In this document: positions 13,076 to 25,311 of the stretch, one piece after another
Position numbering within the stretch: position 1 is the stretch's first letter
Layout: each line of letters starts with the position of its first letter
Source: Carcharhinus longimanus
Lineage: Eukaryota
Length of the DNA stretch: 64,000 nt
NCBI GenBank assembly: GCA_030264375.1
Contig: JASCQW010000001.1
Span: 81,563,275-81,627,274, forward strand
Direction: 5' to 3'
Translations under genes and position numbers: made by a program
The notes under the pieces: model-generated
The model's database searches: none
What the model was told of the DNA's origin: nothing
What the model saw: only the letters and a program-made list of their open reading frames with translations

Positions 13076-14470
13076 TGTTAGGAAAACAAAGGTAGTTTTA
13101 AGGGATTTGTATTTCTATTGACAAACGTTACAAATAAGGTATAATATTAAGTGGTTTTAATGTAATGCTTCTGTGCCTGGAAAGGTAACACCCATAGTTA
13201 AATTTATGCTGAAGAAAGGTGTTCGTATGTATGGGGGACTGGTTTCATTTCCAACTATGTCTCTATCANNNNNNNNNNNNNNNNNNNNNNNNNNNNNNNN
13301 NNNNNNNNNNNNNNNNNNNNNNNNNNNNNNNNNNNNNNNNNNNNNNNNNNNNNNNNNNNNNNNNNNNNCCATAGTTAAATTTATGCTGAAGAAAGGTGTT
13401 CGTATGTATGGGGGACTGGTTTCATTTCCAACTATGTCTCTATCATGCTTAAACAGGGTTACGATGTGAAGAATAAATAGAAGTAGCTGTGCTTGCTTGG
13501 CAACTGGGGAACTTTTAAGGTAGAAAGGTTCTGAATTTTAGTTATTAGCTGAATTTATTTGCAGTTGGAGACAGGACACTGGGGAGTGAACATCTCTCAA
13601 ATCCGTAAGAAGAAAAACTGATGGAACAAGGGAGCTGCAAAGAGGCAGGCTTTCCAAAGAACCAGATGCAGTACAGATAACCAGAGAATTGGATCATAAT
13701 GAATGTCTTAAAGCAAACTGAAGAGAACAGAGACCAAGGTATTGTTCAGAGAAGAATTCAAAGGGAAAATCAGACAAAGTGTGGCGAGTGAAAGAGACAG
13801 CTGTGGTAATCAGAGCTAAAGTGGGAAAGCAGACTTCAAAGGTGAGAAGTTTGATGCCATTTAATAGAGTCTAGGAATTGAGAGTTAAAGTAATTGTAAA
13901 CTGCATGCAGCAGTTAAGACAAAAAAACCCTAATGGAGGATGTGAAAATCCTGGATTCGTTGTTAAAACTGGAGCAGAAGTTTTGGTTTAAAGAATAATT
14001 TGGAAAACCTAGACTGGAATTCAGAAGGCAAGCCAATGATGTAAAGCATTACTGTGAAAGAAGATTCTAAATTGTGTCAACTCTCATGTGACAATTTGGA
14101 GGGAATCTGAGAAGAAATTCAACTGAGATTCACTTGGGATTCAGAGTGGAGTGTGTGTATTTGACCACTGCCAATCCGTGTGCTTAAAGGGACTTTGTAT
14201 TACTGAGATCCTTGTAGTTTATAATATACTCTGTAATCTCTGTTAACCTTAAAATGTGCATTTGTTAAACTAAGGAGGAAGTAAAGGATTATATCATAAT
14301 CCAATTGTTTGTTTAATACATCTTTTTTTCTTGCTGTTAAAATTAATTAGTAGTCCTATGACTCTGTTCCTCCAGGTTTTTTTTTAAAATGTAGAAGTTA
14401 TGGTCTTTTGAGCCAGGGTTCCATTCTGGACTCTTCCTGTCCAGTTATAACATCAATTAGGAATGTAAAA
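13076..14470. mobile_element. Solo LTR (Gypsy-type, 4-bp TSD)
   Basis: Starts TGTTA and ends GTAAAA (decayed TAACA), flanked by ATTA/ATTA (13072-13075, 14471-14474). Removing it rejoins the host LINE tail (CCCATCCTT.ATT.CCCTTGAGAAGG). No ORF. Confidence 0.7.
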
Positions 14471-15059
14471 ATTACCCTTGAGAAGGTGATGGTGAGGTGC
14501 CTTCTTGAACTGCTGCAGTCCTCATAATGTAGATACATTCACGGTGCTGTTAAGGAATCCACAATTTTAACGCAGCAATTGTGAAGAAACAACATTATAT
14601 TTCCAAATCAAAATGGTATGTGACTTGAAGGGAAGCTTGCAGATGGTTTTACTGCCCAATTTCTTCCTGGTGGTAGAGGTTGCAAGGTGCTGTCAAAAGA
14701 TTATTAGTATGTTATTGCAGTACACATCTCAGATGGTATACACCGTTACCACTGTACATTGGGGTTGCCAATCAAGTGGGTTGAATTGTCCTGGATCGTG
14801 TTGAGCTTCTTGAATGTTTATTCATTCAATCAACTGAAGCGTATTCCAACATACTCCCTGACTGGTGTCTTGTAGATGGTGAATAAGCCTTGGAGATTCT
14901 AGAGATGAGTTACCTACACCAGACCTTTGTCTCTATAATGTTCTTGAAGCCACAAATTTAACATGGCTGGTCCAGTTAAATTTCTGGTCAATGTTGCCGC
15001 TCAGAGGATGTTGATAGTGGGAGCTCAGGTTAGACTCTCCCTTGTTGGAGACTGACATT

Positions 15060-15145
15060 AAAAGACAAAATGCTGGATCTACTGAGATTTTCCAGCATTT
15101 TCTCTTTTGGTTTCAGATTCCAGCATCTGCAGTAATTTGTTTTTA
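15060..15145. repeat. Short Penelope-type terminal-repeat element with exact 14-bp TSD
   Basis: TGGAGACTGACATT at 15046-15059 and 15146-15159. Internal inverted AAAATGCTGGA/TCCAGCATTTT. Confidence 0.85.
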
Positions 15146-16359
15146 TGGAGACTGACATTGCCTGGCACTTATGTGGCACAAATGTTACTTGTCACTTATC
15201 AAACCAAACCCGAGTATTTTCCAGGTCCTGCTGCATGTAAGCACAGATTGCTTCATTATGAGGACTCATGAATGAGACCGAATGCAGAATCATCAGCGAA
15301 CATCCTCATTTCTGACCTTACAGTGAAGGGAGGGTCATTAATCAAACAGGTAAAGACGGTTGGATATGGAACACTGTTCTGAAGAATTCCTGCAGTGACG
15401 TTCTGCAGTTAAAATTAATGTCCTTCCCAACAACCACAGCCACCTTACTTTATGCTAAGTATGACTCAAACCATTGAAGAGGTTTTTCTCCTGAAATCCT
15501 GTTGACTTAAATTTTAAAAAGGCTTCTCGATGTCACCAATGGTAAAATACTGTGAGGACATCAAGGGCAGTTAGTCTCAACTCATGGTTGGAATTCAACT
15601 CAAACTTAAAACATTAAGTGAAGTGATAAGCAAACCAAGGTTGTAATGAGGTTTGGCCCCAAGTGCTCCCAGCAGAATCCAAACTGAACATCAGTGAGCA
15701 GTAAGTCCTGCTTGTAGCACTGTCAACACCTTCCATCACTATGCTGATGATTGAAAGTAGATGTTGGGATGAGTTAAATTTGTCCCCCTTTTTTGTGGGC
15801 AGGACATCAGCAATTTTCCACATGGTTGGATAGATAGCAGTTTTGTAGCTGTACTGGAACAGCTTGGCATGGTTTGTGACTCGTTCTGGAGAACAAGTCT
15901 GTAGCCCTATAGCCTTAGCTGTGGCCAGCATGTACAGATATTTCTTGATATCATGTGGAATGAATCAAATTGACTAACACATCTGTAATGGGGGGGATTT
16001 CAGGATAAAGTTAAAACGGATAATCTACTGGCATTTCTGACTGAACATGGTTGCAGATGCTACAGCCTTATCTGTACACTGATATGCAGGGATCTACTCT
16101 CAGGATGGGGATATTTGTGAAATCTGTTTCTTTTGTTAGTTATTTAATTGCCAACAGTATTCATCTGGTAAGATTGCAGAGCTTTGATCTCATCTGTTTG
16201 TTCAGGGATTACTTAGTTTTTTTTCTATAGCATGCTGCTTCCATTGTTTAGCATGCCTAGAATCCTGTGTTGTAGCTTCACCTTATTTTTAGGTAAGCCT
16301 CGTGATGCTCCTGGCATTCACATACACTCCTCAGTGAGCCAAAATTGGTTGCTTGGCTT

Positions 16360-16464
16360 AAACAATATAAAAACAGAAAATGCTGCACTCAACAGATCTA
16401 GCAGCATCTGTAGAAAGAGAAACAGTGTTAACTTTTCAGGTTGGTGATCTTTCATCAGAACTTA
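16360..16464 (-). repeat. Short hammerhead-bearing element, family A
   Basis: Minus strand reads AGTT-CTGATGA-A-AGATC-ACC-AACCT-GAAA-AG-TT-AAC. A 13-bp TSD GGT(TG/CA)CTTGGCTT differs only by CpG decay. Confidence 0.75.
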
Positions 16465-18229
16465 GGTCACTTGGCTTGAGGGTAATGGTAGAAAGAGGAA
16501 TATGCTGGGCTATGAGTTACAGATTATGGCTGAGTACAGCACAGTGTCTACTGATTACCCACAATGCCTCATGGATTATTGAGCTGCTATATTGTTCTGA
16601 ATCTATTGCATTTAAAACTTTGATAGTGCAAAACAACATAGTGGAGGGTTTCCTCAGTGTGGGGGAGCGACTTAGTTTCCAAGAGGCATGTGAGATGGTC
16701 ATTTTTACCAATACTACAGACAGATGCACTTTTGACAGTTAGACCCACAAGGGCAAAGTCAACAAGGATTTTTCCTTACACTGGTTCCCTTATCACCTGT
16801 CTCAAGCACAATCTGGCACATATAGACTTTAGAATTCTGCAAGCTCAGTCAGTCGTGGTGCTATCAAATCACCCTTGGTAATGGATAAGGTCATGCACCC
16901 AGATTCTGTTCCGTAATACATCAAAGTACAGCAGATACTGGAAATTTGAAATAAGAAAATACTAGGAATACCCAGCAGGTCAGGCAGCATCTGTAGTGAA
17001 ACAGGTTTAACACACTACCCCGAATATGGCTGGTCCACTGGAAGCACAGACTGACCGAAGGTGGCAGGTTAGTGGTGTACAGTTGAGAGGGTGTAGCTTT
17101 GTGAGTTTTCAAAATTGGCTCCGGACTCCATAAAATCTCATGGAATCAGGTCAAACATGGGCAAGGAAACCTGCTGATTCCAATGTGCCATCATCCCTCA
17201 GCTCATGAATCAGTAACCATCCACATTGAAAGGAAGAGGCAAAGTGATGAAAGATGTTTTTGACTGTATTAAGTAAGACTTACTGCTCTTGATAGAGACA
17301 TAGTTGGAAATGAAACCAGTCCCCCATACATACGAACACCTTTCTTCAGCATAAATTTAACTATGGNNNNNNNNNNNNNNNNNNNNNNNNNNNNNNNNNN
17401 NNNNNNNNNNNNNNNNNNNNNNNNNNNNNNNNNNNNNNNNNNNNNNNNNNNNNNNNNNNNNNNNNNCTCTCAACTGTACACCACTAACCTGCCACCTTCG
17501 GTCAGTCTGTGCTTCCAGTGGACCAGCCATATTCGGGGTAGTGATAATTCGGGGTAGTCTGGGACATTGGCTATAAGGTATGATTCTGTGAGTTTGACTA
17601 GTCTATGGGAAGTTCCCCCAATTTAGGCACAAGAGGCAGATGTTGGTGAAGAGAATCTTTTGCAAGTTCAACTTTGTTGTATTCAGTGCCCAGACTGATG
17701 CTGGTGATTCATCTAGTTGAAATGGAAATACTACTTATCTGATGTTTCCATAACAGTTTAATGCAACTGAGAGCATCACAAGGCCATTTCAGACAGCAGT
17801 TAAGGATTAATCACCTTGCTGTAGGTATGGAATCAAATGTAGGTTAGACAAGTTAAGGATAGTGTATTTCCTTCCTTGTAGGACATTAGTGAACTAGATC
17901 CATTACAGCAATTTGTTATTGAGACTATTTTTTATTCCAGATTTAATTTACTGAACTCAAATTTTCCAGATTACTCTAATCTCCGCAATACCAGTCCAGT
18001 AACATTATCACTATGCTGCTATTCCCACAAGATTTTTTTTGCATGAAAAACTGTGGACATAAATCTGTCCTACCATTCCTTGCTGAAAATTGCTATATCA
18101 CGATATTGTCAGCTGCTTTAATTATGTTATTTTACAATTGCTAAGGAGAAAATTGTCCAGAAGGAAAACTAAATATATTTGCAAGCTTCTGATGAGTTGT
18201 CAAAGAGAGGAGATCATTGAATTTAATAG

Positions 18230-19270
18230 AAGTAAAAAAATGTAAAGAAATAAATAGGTCCTAAGGTAGACAAATCTCCATGAACTGAAGATTTCCACCC
18301 CAGCTACTAAAAGTGAGGAAATTGCAGGTCAATTATTTCAAAGTTTTAGATTTCAAAGTTGTACCTTGCGATTGGAAAACCCCATTGTGACCACATTATT
18401 TAACAATTCATAACATAAGAACATAAGAAATAGGAGCAGGAGTAGGCCATCTAGCCCTTCGAGCCTGCCCCACCATTCAATAAGANNNNNNNNNNNNNNN
18501 NNNNNNNNNNNNNNNNNNNNNNNNNNNNNNNNNNNNNNNNNNNNNNNNNNNNNNNNNNNNNNNNNNNNNNNNNNNNNNNNNNNNNTGCTGCGTCTGCTCT
18601 ATCAAACCATTCTTTTCTAGGTGCCTCGCTATTTCTTCTTTGATGACGGATTCAAGCATTTTACCAACTACAGACTTTCAGAAGGGAAAAACTAGAAAAT
18701 GTACCTGCCAGTTTAACAAGCACCTTGGGGAAGGGGCTGGAATATCACTTGGATGAATATTACGTGTGGATTTGTGAAAGATATGTAACACCTGATTAAT
18801 CTAGCTGAATTTTTTGAAATTTTTCAGCAACATTCTCCCTCCAGTTTATTTGTGGAATACATGGGCATTTATTGCAGTCCCTTTTAGTTTTTTTACACCA
18901 CTGCACGTGCAGTATAATTTAGCAGGACCGATCCATGCACAGTTTGGTTGGGGACTTTTGATCTGAGAGGGAATAACTATAGTCATAAGTATTATGACTA
19001 TGGGTAGTATTCTATTATTGTCAATAATTAATGCATGTGGAATTGAAGGTAACATTATAACAAGGGTTGGTAATTAGTTTGGCAGGAGGAAACAATAGAG
19101 GCCAAGTTACAATATATTGAAGATGGAAATCGATAGATGTCTAAATACTAAAGGCACCAAGGAAATAGCAAGAGTGGGAATATTGCATTGAGATAGATCA
19201 GCCAAGATCTTATTGAATAATGGAATAGGCTTGAAGGACTAAATGGTTTATTCCTGCTTTCTATGTTTTT
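18230..19270. mobile_element. Nested CR1-type LINE fragments (both strands, with gap)
   Basis: KVDKSP..D.FHP..LK and LESVIKEEIARHLEKNGLI motifs, (CATAAGAA)n tail on minus, and a 3' tail near 19200. Confidence 0.7.
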
Positions 19271-19436
19271 ACATAATGTACCCGATATGCAGGATGTGAT
19301 GAATGGTATTCAAGAAAAACTGAGGCATTGATTTTTCACTGCATATATCTATAACTCAGATGAAGTACTGGAATGTTGTTGACCTAGGTTAACAAATGAG
19401 GCAGCACAAATGGATTGGAGTAGGTTAGAGAAATTG

Positions 19437-19752
19437 ACATGGCGGTGCAGTTGTTAGCACAGCTGCCTCACAACTCCAGAGACCTGATTTCAATTCTGAC
19501 CTTGGGTGACTATCCGTGTTGAATTTGTATGTGCGCCCAGTGCCTGCATGGGTTTCCTCCCACACTCCAAAGATGTGCAGGTTAGGTGGATTGGCCATAG
19601 TACATTGCCCCTTGGTGTCCCAAGGTGTGTAGGTTGGGAGGATTAGCAAGGTAAATACACAGTGTTATTGGAATACGGCCTGGGTGGGTGCACTGTCAGA
19701 AAGTCAGTGTAGACTTGTTGACCTCCTGCACTACACGGATTCTATGATTCTA
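19437..19752 (+). mobile_element. V-domain SINE (HE1-like), CR1-type tail
   Basis: tRNA head, V-core GGGTTTCCTCCCACACTCCAAAGATGTGCAGGTTAGG and (GATTCTAT)n tail. Confidence 0.85.
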
Positions 19753-19996
19753 GATTAAATGACAAGAGTGGAGAGTGTGATTTTTTTTTCCCCATTATCT
19801 TAAAAAAAATCTCCATGTTCATGTTAGAACATTCCATTGCTTTTCTCAAAAAGCTTGGCAATTTTTTCACATTCTTTTAAATCATCATAATCCCAGATGA
19901 GGAATGGGGGCAGAGCTTACTGGTGATGATTTAACCTGAGGATCACCACACCTCACATAAGGGACAAAGTTGAGACGGTAGGGTCTTAATAAACAA

Positions 19997-20094
19997 TCCA
20001 AAGAGAAAATGCTGGAAAACATCAGCCGGTCTGGCAGCATCTGTAAGGGCAGAAAAAAGCTGATGTTTCAAGTCCAGATGATCCTTTGCTAAAA
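19997..20094 (-). repeat. Short family-A element (degenerate hammerhead) inserted in a tRNA-SINE
   Basis: 12-bp TSD CTTAAT(A/G)AACAA at 19985-19996 and 20095-20106. Body is homologous to the 16360 and 24725 copies. Confidence 0.75.
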
Positions 20095-20379
20095 CTTAAT
20101 GAACAACATGAGTCGGTATGGAAATTGAACCTGTACTGTTTCATATTCTACCTGTTTTGTGAATGCATTCAGGGTTGTTTTTTTTTTAATCTGAAGAGAT
20201 AATTTGTTCTTAGTTTATTTTTGTTCTTACATTTCAATAATTAATGGCTTTTAGGTCTTTTTAATGGCTTGGTTCAACCGCAGTTAGACTAACAAGGACA
20301 CTGATTGGTCTTCTATAGGTCTTTCCATTGACTGGGCAGGTTCCCATTCTGGATTTCTTCTCCCCAAAACTCAAATCAC

Positions 20380-21480
20380 CGGAATCCCAGGCGAGCAACG
20401 GGGCAGAGCTGAGCAATAAATTTGCTTCTTCCTCGGGGCAGAATTCCTCAAACATATCGGACCATCTGTCGACCGTAGAAGCCTGCGCTAGGGGCCGATA
20501 AACAATAATTGACAAGCTGAGACTGGAACTACACAGCTGACCCTGCCCTCCCTGCTTACACAAACGGTCCACTCTTCCACAAACTTCCGGCCAGCACACC
20601 AACATTCCAAACACTTCCGCTTTCAGCCGCCACCACTCTCGCGCACCAACAGCAAACCTCAACCAGCCACCACTCCCAGCATGCTCCGAGGTCACCAACC
20701 GGAAAGAGACACGTGTCAGTCCGACGCCGTGGAGCGCTTAGCCCTCCCCCTGCAGGCGTCGCAGGGAGTGTACTTGTCATGAGACCTCTAAATTCTTTTA
20801 ACTATTCAAATAGCGTTGCCGTAAATGTTTGAAAGAACAATTGTTTTGCCGTACGTTACATTCAAGTTCCATTATTAGGCGGCATTATGAAGTTATAGTT
20901 TAGATTAGGCGTTGACTCCGGTGAGCTTTGTCACTACCACCACCGACCTACCCGCATCCAGCTGGTGCGAGAGATGGTGGCGAGTTTGATAAGGCAGGCG
21001 CGACCCCCTTGACGTTGCCATGGCTACGGCGCGTATCCGTGTGTGTGGGCGTGCGCACACAGGAGGAGGAGGAGGGCAGATGGCGTACATCCGGCTCCGG
21101 TTTCTGTTCCTCCCCCTTCTGGTGACGTGCTTGTTGGTACTGGATCAAAACAGTGGAGCAGAGGCGCAGCCCGGGGGGGGGAAGGACCGGCTGTAGTGGC
21201 GATTCTGAGAGCGCGAGCCCGGTAAGAATGTGAGCCCGGAGCGTTCTGACAGATGTTGCAACGCTGGCGTCTCGTTGTCTTTGAGGGACAAGTGGGGGAT
21301 CCAGTTGGAAAGCGGGTCGACTCAGGAAAAGGAATGTGTGCTGCAGGCAAGAGCTTTCAAAACAAACCCCGGTCGCATCTGAAGGGATTCCAGATTATCG
21401 ATGTCTCTGATGCGGATGTTGTTGTAGATATCTCTGTTAATAGCAACGTTACCATATTTCCGGGATCCGACTAGGTCATC
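20380..21480. promoter_or_regulatory. CpG island / SMIM14 promoter (possibly bidirectional)
   Basis: Only strongly CpG-rich stretch in an otherwise CpG-depleted window. It contains ETS-type ACTTCCGG (20583-20590) and ACTTCCGC (20613-20620), E-box CACGTG (~20710), RFX X-box-like GTTGCCATGGCTAC (21014-21027), TGACGT half-CRE sites (21010, 21123) and YY1-like AGATGGCG (~21078). Confidence 0.85.
21050..21221 (+). other. SMIM14: SMIM14 putative non-coding exon 1 (5' UTR; start approximate)
   Basis: Lies in the CpG island and ends at a good donor CCG|GTAAGA (21221|21222). The first coding exon has an acceptor upstream of its ATG, so an upstream UTR exon is required. Confidence 0.65.
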
Positions 21481-24400
21481 CATAATGAGACATTGAAGTT
21501 GGTGCCCGGTTTTATTTATTTTTAACCGGTACCTCAGTTTCTTATCATTGAGACTACCTCCGCACTTGGTATTGCTTGTTAAAAATTGATGAAATAAGTT
21601 ATTTTTTTAAAGCTTGTCTCATAGATTTCTCAGTTCGTCGTTCTCTTGATTAAAGACCGATGGTTTTACATCAAGGCTGTGTTGCTCAATTGTATATTGA
21701 TGGAGACCATCAATGCATAATGTTTTTCTTGCCGTTTTGATGAGTGTTTCTGTATGTGCCGGTCAACATAGTTCTACTTCAGCAATGTGCGAAGTTAAAT
21801 TACCATATTATTTTGTGTACTAATTCTGCATCATTTCACGAACTTAAAACTCCGATCTAGCATAGTACGAAGGAGTAACATAGCTAAGAAATAGTAACAT
21901 CTTGAGTCCGTTTAGAAAGTAGATTTGAAGTACATGTGGTGAAAGTCATTCATTTTATTCAAATATACTTTCGACAGGAAAGTATATTTATAAATAGAAT
22001 GCCCCAAAATTTGCATAACCGTGCAGCTGTTCTGAAAAGCTTCTTCATCTAACTTGCATTTTTATGCACAACAGCTCCAATGTTGAGATAAATACCTACA
22101 TTTACAAAAAATGAAACTAAACTTATCTTTCATGACCATGGAATATCACATGGCATTTGCTGCTAGCAGAATACTTTTTGAAGTGCAGTTGCTGTTGTAA
22201 TGCAGGGAAGCATGACAGATAACCTGCACACAAGACCCCACAACATAAAATTAAATGAATACCAGGTAACCTGTTTTAGTGACGTTGCTTGAGAAATAAA
22301 ATGGCTGGCCTGATTGAAAATTTAATTGCATTTTTTTTGAGGAGTTAAAAAATAGATGAGGGCAGTACAGTTTATGATGAACTTCATGTAAGGCTTTTGA
22401 TAAGGTCCCACTTGGACGACTTATGAAGTGAGTAAGAGCCCGTGGGATCCATGGCAGTTTGGCATTTTGGCTATAAAATTGGCTTCGGGGCAGGAGACAG
22501 AGGGTGATGGTCAAAGGTTGTTTTTGTGACCAAGTCCTAGAATTCCCAACTTTACAGCATTTTCACCAAACATTGCAGTGGTTTAAGAAGTTAGCTCACC
22601 ATGACCTTCTGAAGGACAAGTGCCAATGGGCAATAAAAAAAACAGCCTGGCCAGTGTGATTTATGTCCCATTAATGAATGAAAAATGTTGGCATGGCAAT
22701 TGTATGGGAAAGTGGGACAGAATTTGGGCAGTTACGTTATGGGTATTTATGGAGGATGACAGCAAGGGAGACATTACATAATTCAGTCTGGCATTAACAA
22801 GAACAAACATAGACAAAGGTTTCAGTAGAAGAGGAGTGGAAATATAGACAGAGATGGATAAAATCCCAGAAATAAAATTAGGTGCTCTTGGTGATGAATG
22901 AAATTGAAATAATTTTCTACAGCATACAAGCTACCTGACTTAACAGTTTGGTCAAATGTGAACAAATGCTTGGAGAAGGGAATGGAGTCAGTGACAAGGG
23001 AGTAAATTTATGACAGGGGTGTCAAAGCAATGACTTCAGTCTTGAATTTGAGTTGAAGAAATTGAAATCTTCAACGGCTTGATATCAGTGAGACATCTGC
23101 CACTGTGGGGTTGAGAGAGATGGTTCAGCATAGGGTGTGTGTCAATGGTGTACATATGGAAGCTATCCCTACATCTGTGGACAGTGTTGTGAAGTGGCAG
23201 CATGGAAATTTATGTCAATATAGATCCTTGGAGGGCTCCAAAGATGACAATGCAAAGGGTAAAAAGGGAAAACTTTGCTGGAAATTTGGTGTCCAAAGGC
23301 TATCGTTACCAATATCTAATTTTATGATCCATGTGTTCCAGGAATATGACTTTTAGTTCAGGATTTTTTTAATGTATAAATGAAGACACCTGGTTTGAGA
23401 AGCTGGTAAACAAACCTAAAGTGAATGCAAATCAAAGGTTGTTCTATGTATGTTTAATATGGTTAAATTGGAAACTAAACAATGTGCATTGTTGGTGTAA
23501 AAAAAAAAGTATCATGGTGGAGATGGAATGCATTAAATTCCAGAATGGGGGTTTAAATTATTTGTATGGTTCCTAGAACAAACAAAGTTTAAGAATTGAA
23601 GGTAATTAGTTTAAATCTCTGAAACATGTTAGGTGTGCCACTTTTCCATGGGAATTGATTGCAGGGTGGTGTGCTTTACATTTATCTGGATGAGTTTCTC
23701 ACAGAAACAGACAGCTGAAGAGTGGTCAAGAGATGTAAAGCAGCCGGAACCAGTAGCAGAGGACTATCAGAAATAGGGGTTTTTGATTTGATGTTGGTAA
23801 GCAAGAATGCAGTGGGGGTTGAACTGAGGGGCCCACAAGAGTAATGTGTTGAAAGAGAGTTGGAGAGTGTGTCTAAATTGATGCTGGTGGAAGAACCCCA
23901 AGAAATCTTATACCTCAGCGAATAGCGTGAACATTGAAGGGAATCAAAGGGAATTCCTTAGAGTTGTGGCATACCTTGGTTTGGTTCCAGGAGAAGTGGA
24001 AGAAACTTCAAGATACTGTAAAGTATAGGGGAACACCTGAGTGGAAATAAAAGTATAACAAGGAATATGCAGCTGAGATTTTGGTTTTTAATCTATTAAA
24101 AGTTATGAGATATAATGTTAAGTTACTAGTACTTTTTTTTGTTTAAGACATGGAATCTTGTGTTCATTCAATTAATAAATGTATGGTCACATTTCTTTCA
24201 CAATGTTACTGGTCTCTGGATACCAGATAGTCATAGTTTAGAAGGAGTTGATTTCTTTAAATTTATTTAGGGCAAGTTTTTGTATCAATATGTAGAAGGT
24301 CCAAAAAGTGATGGAGCAGCACTGGGTCTGGCTCTGGAGAAAGAAGCCGCACAAGTGTTCAATGTCTCAGTGGAGGAGCATTTTAGCATTAACAATAACA

Positions 24401-24724
24401 CTGACATCCAGTTGCCCTCTTCTTTCCCCCCTCCCATCACCACCACTGCCAACAACCCAAGGAGCCCCAAAGCTAGTTAATTTTTTTTAAAAATTTTACT
24501 CCATCCTTAAAGCTACAAAGCCAGTGCTCAGAATGGACTGGGCAAACCCAAATCCTTGCTTGCTCCAAAAGCCAAATTCAAAATTGAATCCGGTTTATGA
24601 CTCCCAAAAGAGAGACAAACAATATCTGAGCTGATAAGATAAAGCATTGCACCCCATTTTGGACTTGATCTGACGCTTGATCTTTACCAAAGCTATTAAC
24701 TTCAAGCAGAGGAGAAACTTGAAC

Positions 24725-24822
24725 TTAAACAGAAAATGCTGGAAAATCTCAGCAGGTCTGACGGCATCTGTGGAGAGTGCGAATAGAGCCATTTTGAGTC
24801 TGGATGATCCTTCATCAGAGGC
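24725..24822 (-). repeat. Short hammerhead-bearing element, family A
   Basis: Minus strand reads CTGATGA-A-GGATC-ATCCA-GACTC-AAAA... followed by CTCTCCACAGATGC.GTCAGACCTGCTGAG. Confidence 0.75.
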
Positions 24823-25179
24823 CTTGGATGCTGTGGGGAGGGGAGTTGCATTGAAACCAATTCAGTCAATTAGCAACCCATTTTACATAAGCTTATTTTC
24901 ATCAGTTTAAATTAGTTTCACCTCTAAATTGTTATGAAACTTGGTCAATATGCTTGTATCCGTTCCAGTGTTAAACTATGTGCAATTTGCCAAGTAATGA
25001 GTGATGTAATTTTGCAAATCTTGGACTACAGGACATGCTACCTCTATGTCTTTTTATAGTATAAATTATAAAATACAGTTTAATAGACATGCTTGTTGTA
25101 TTATCTGCTCAAACGGGGACGGGGGGGGGAAACTTGCTCAAAACTTCTATTAAATAAGTTGCTATGAACAATGAGCAGT

Positions 25180-25311
25180 CTGAACAAAAACTGCTGCTGG
25201 AAACCTAAAGTAAAAACTAGAAATGCTGGAAACATTCAACAGATCAGGCAGCATCTGCAGAGATGGAAATTGTATTCATGTTTCAGGTTGATTTCACTTT
25301 CATCAGAATTG
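25180..25311 (-). repeat. Short hammerhead-bearing element, family A
   Basis: Minus strand reads AATT-CTGATGA-AAGTG...AACCT-GAAACATG, with the same body as other family A copies. Confidence 0.7.

Larger units (their letters stand above)
13015..18026 (-). mobile_element. Near full-length decayed CR1/L2-group LINE with a tRNA-like 5' head, interrupted by a solo LTR and short Penelope-type inserts
   Basis: 3' tail at ~13015-13071 continuing at 14475. RT-upstream motifs LFQYSY...IYPTMWKIA.V.P and LLSIIS.VMEGV (~15700-15930). APE endonuclease start (TNI..LVPKLGEL, LTESYL) at ~17550-17665. SINE-like core and A-box head at 17765-18026. Confidence 0.7.

Noticed and set aside
20261-20698. 145-aa minus-strand ORF in the CpG island
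   Set aside because: GTG start, no family I recognise, and not UBE2K. Open frames of this length are common in GC-rich islands.
23410-24240. Possible second solo LTR
   Set aside because: Composition resembles the 13076 LTR, but I could not define TG...CA ends or a TSD.
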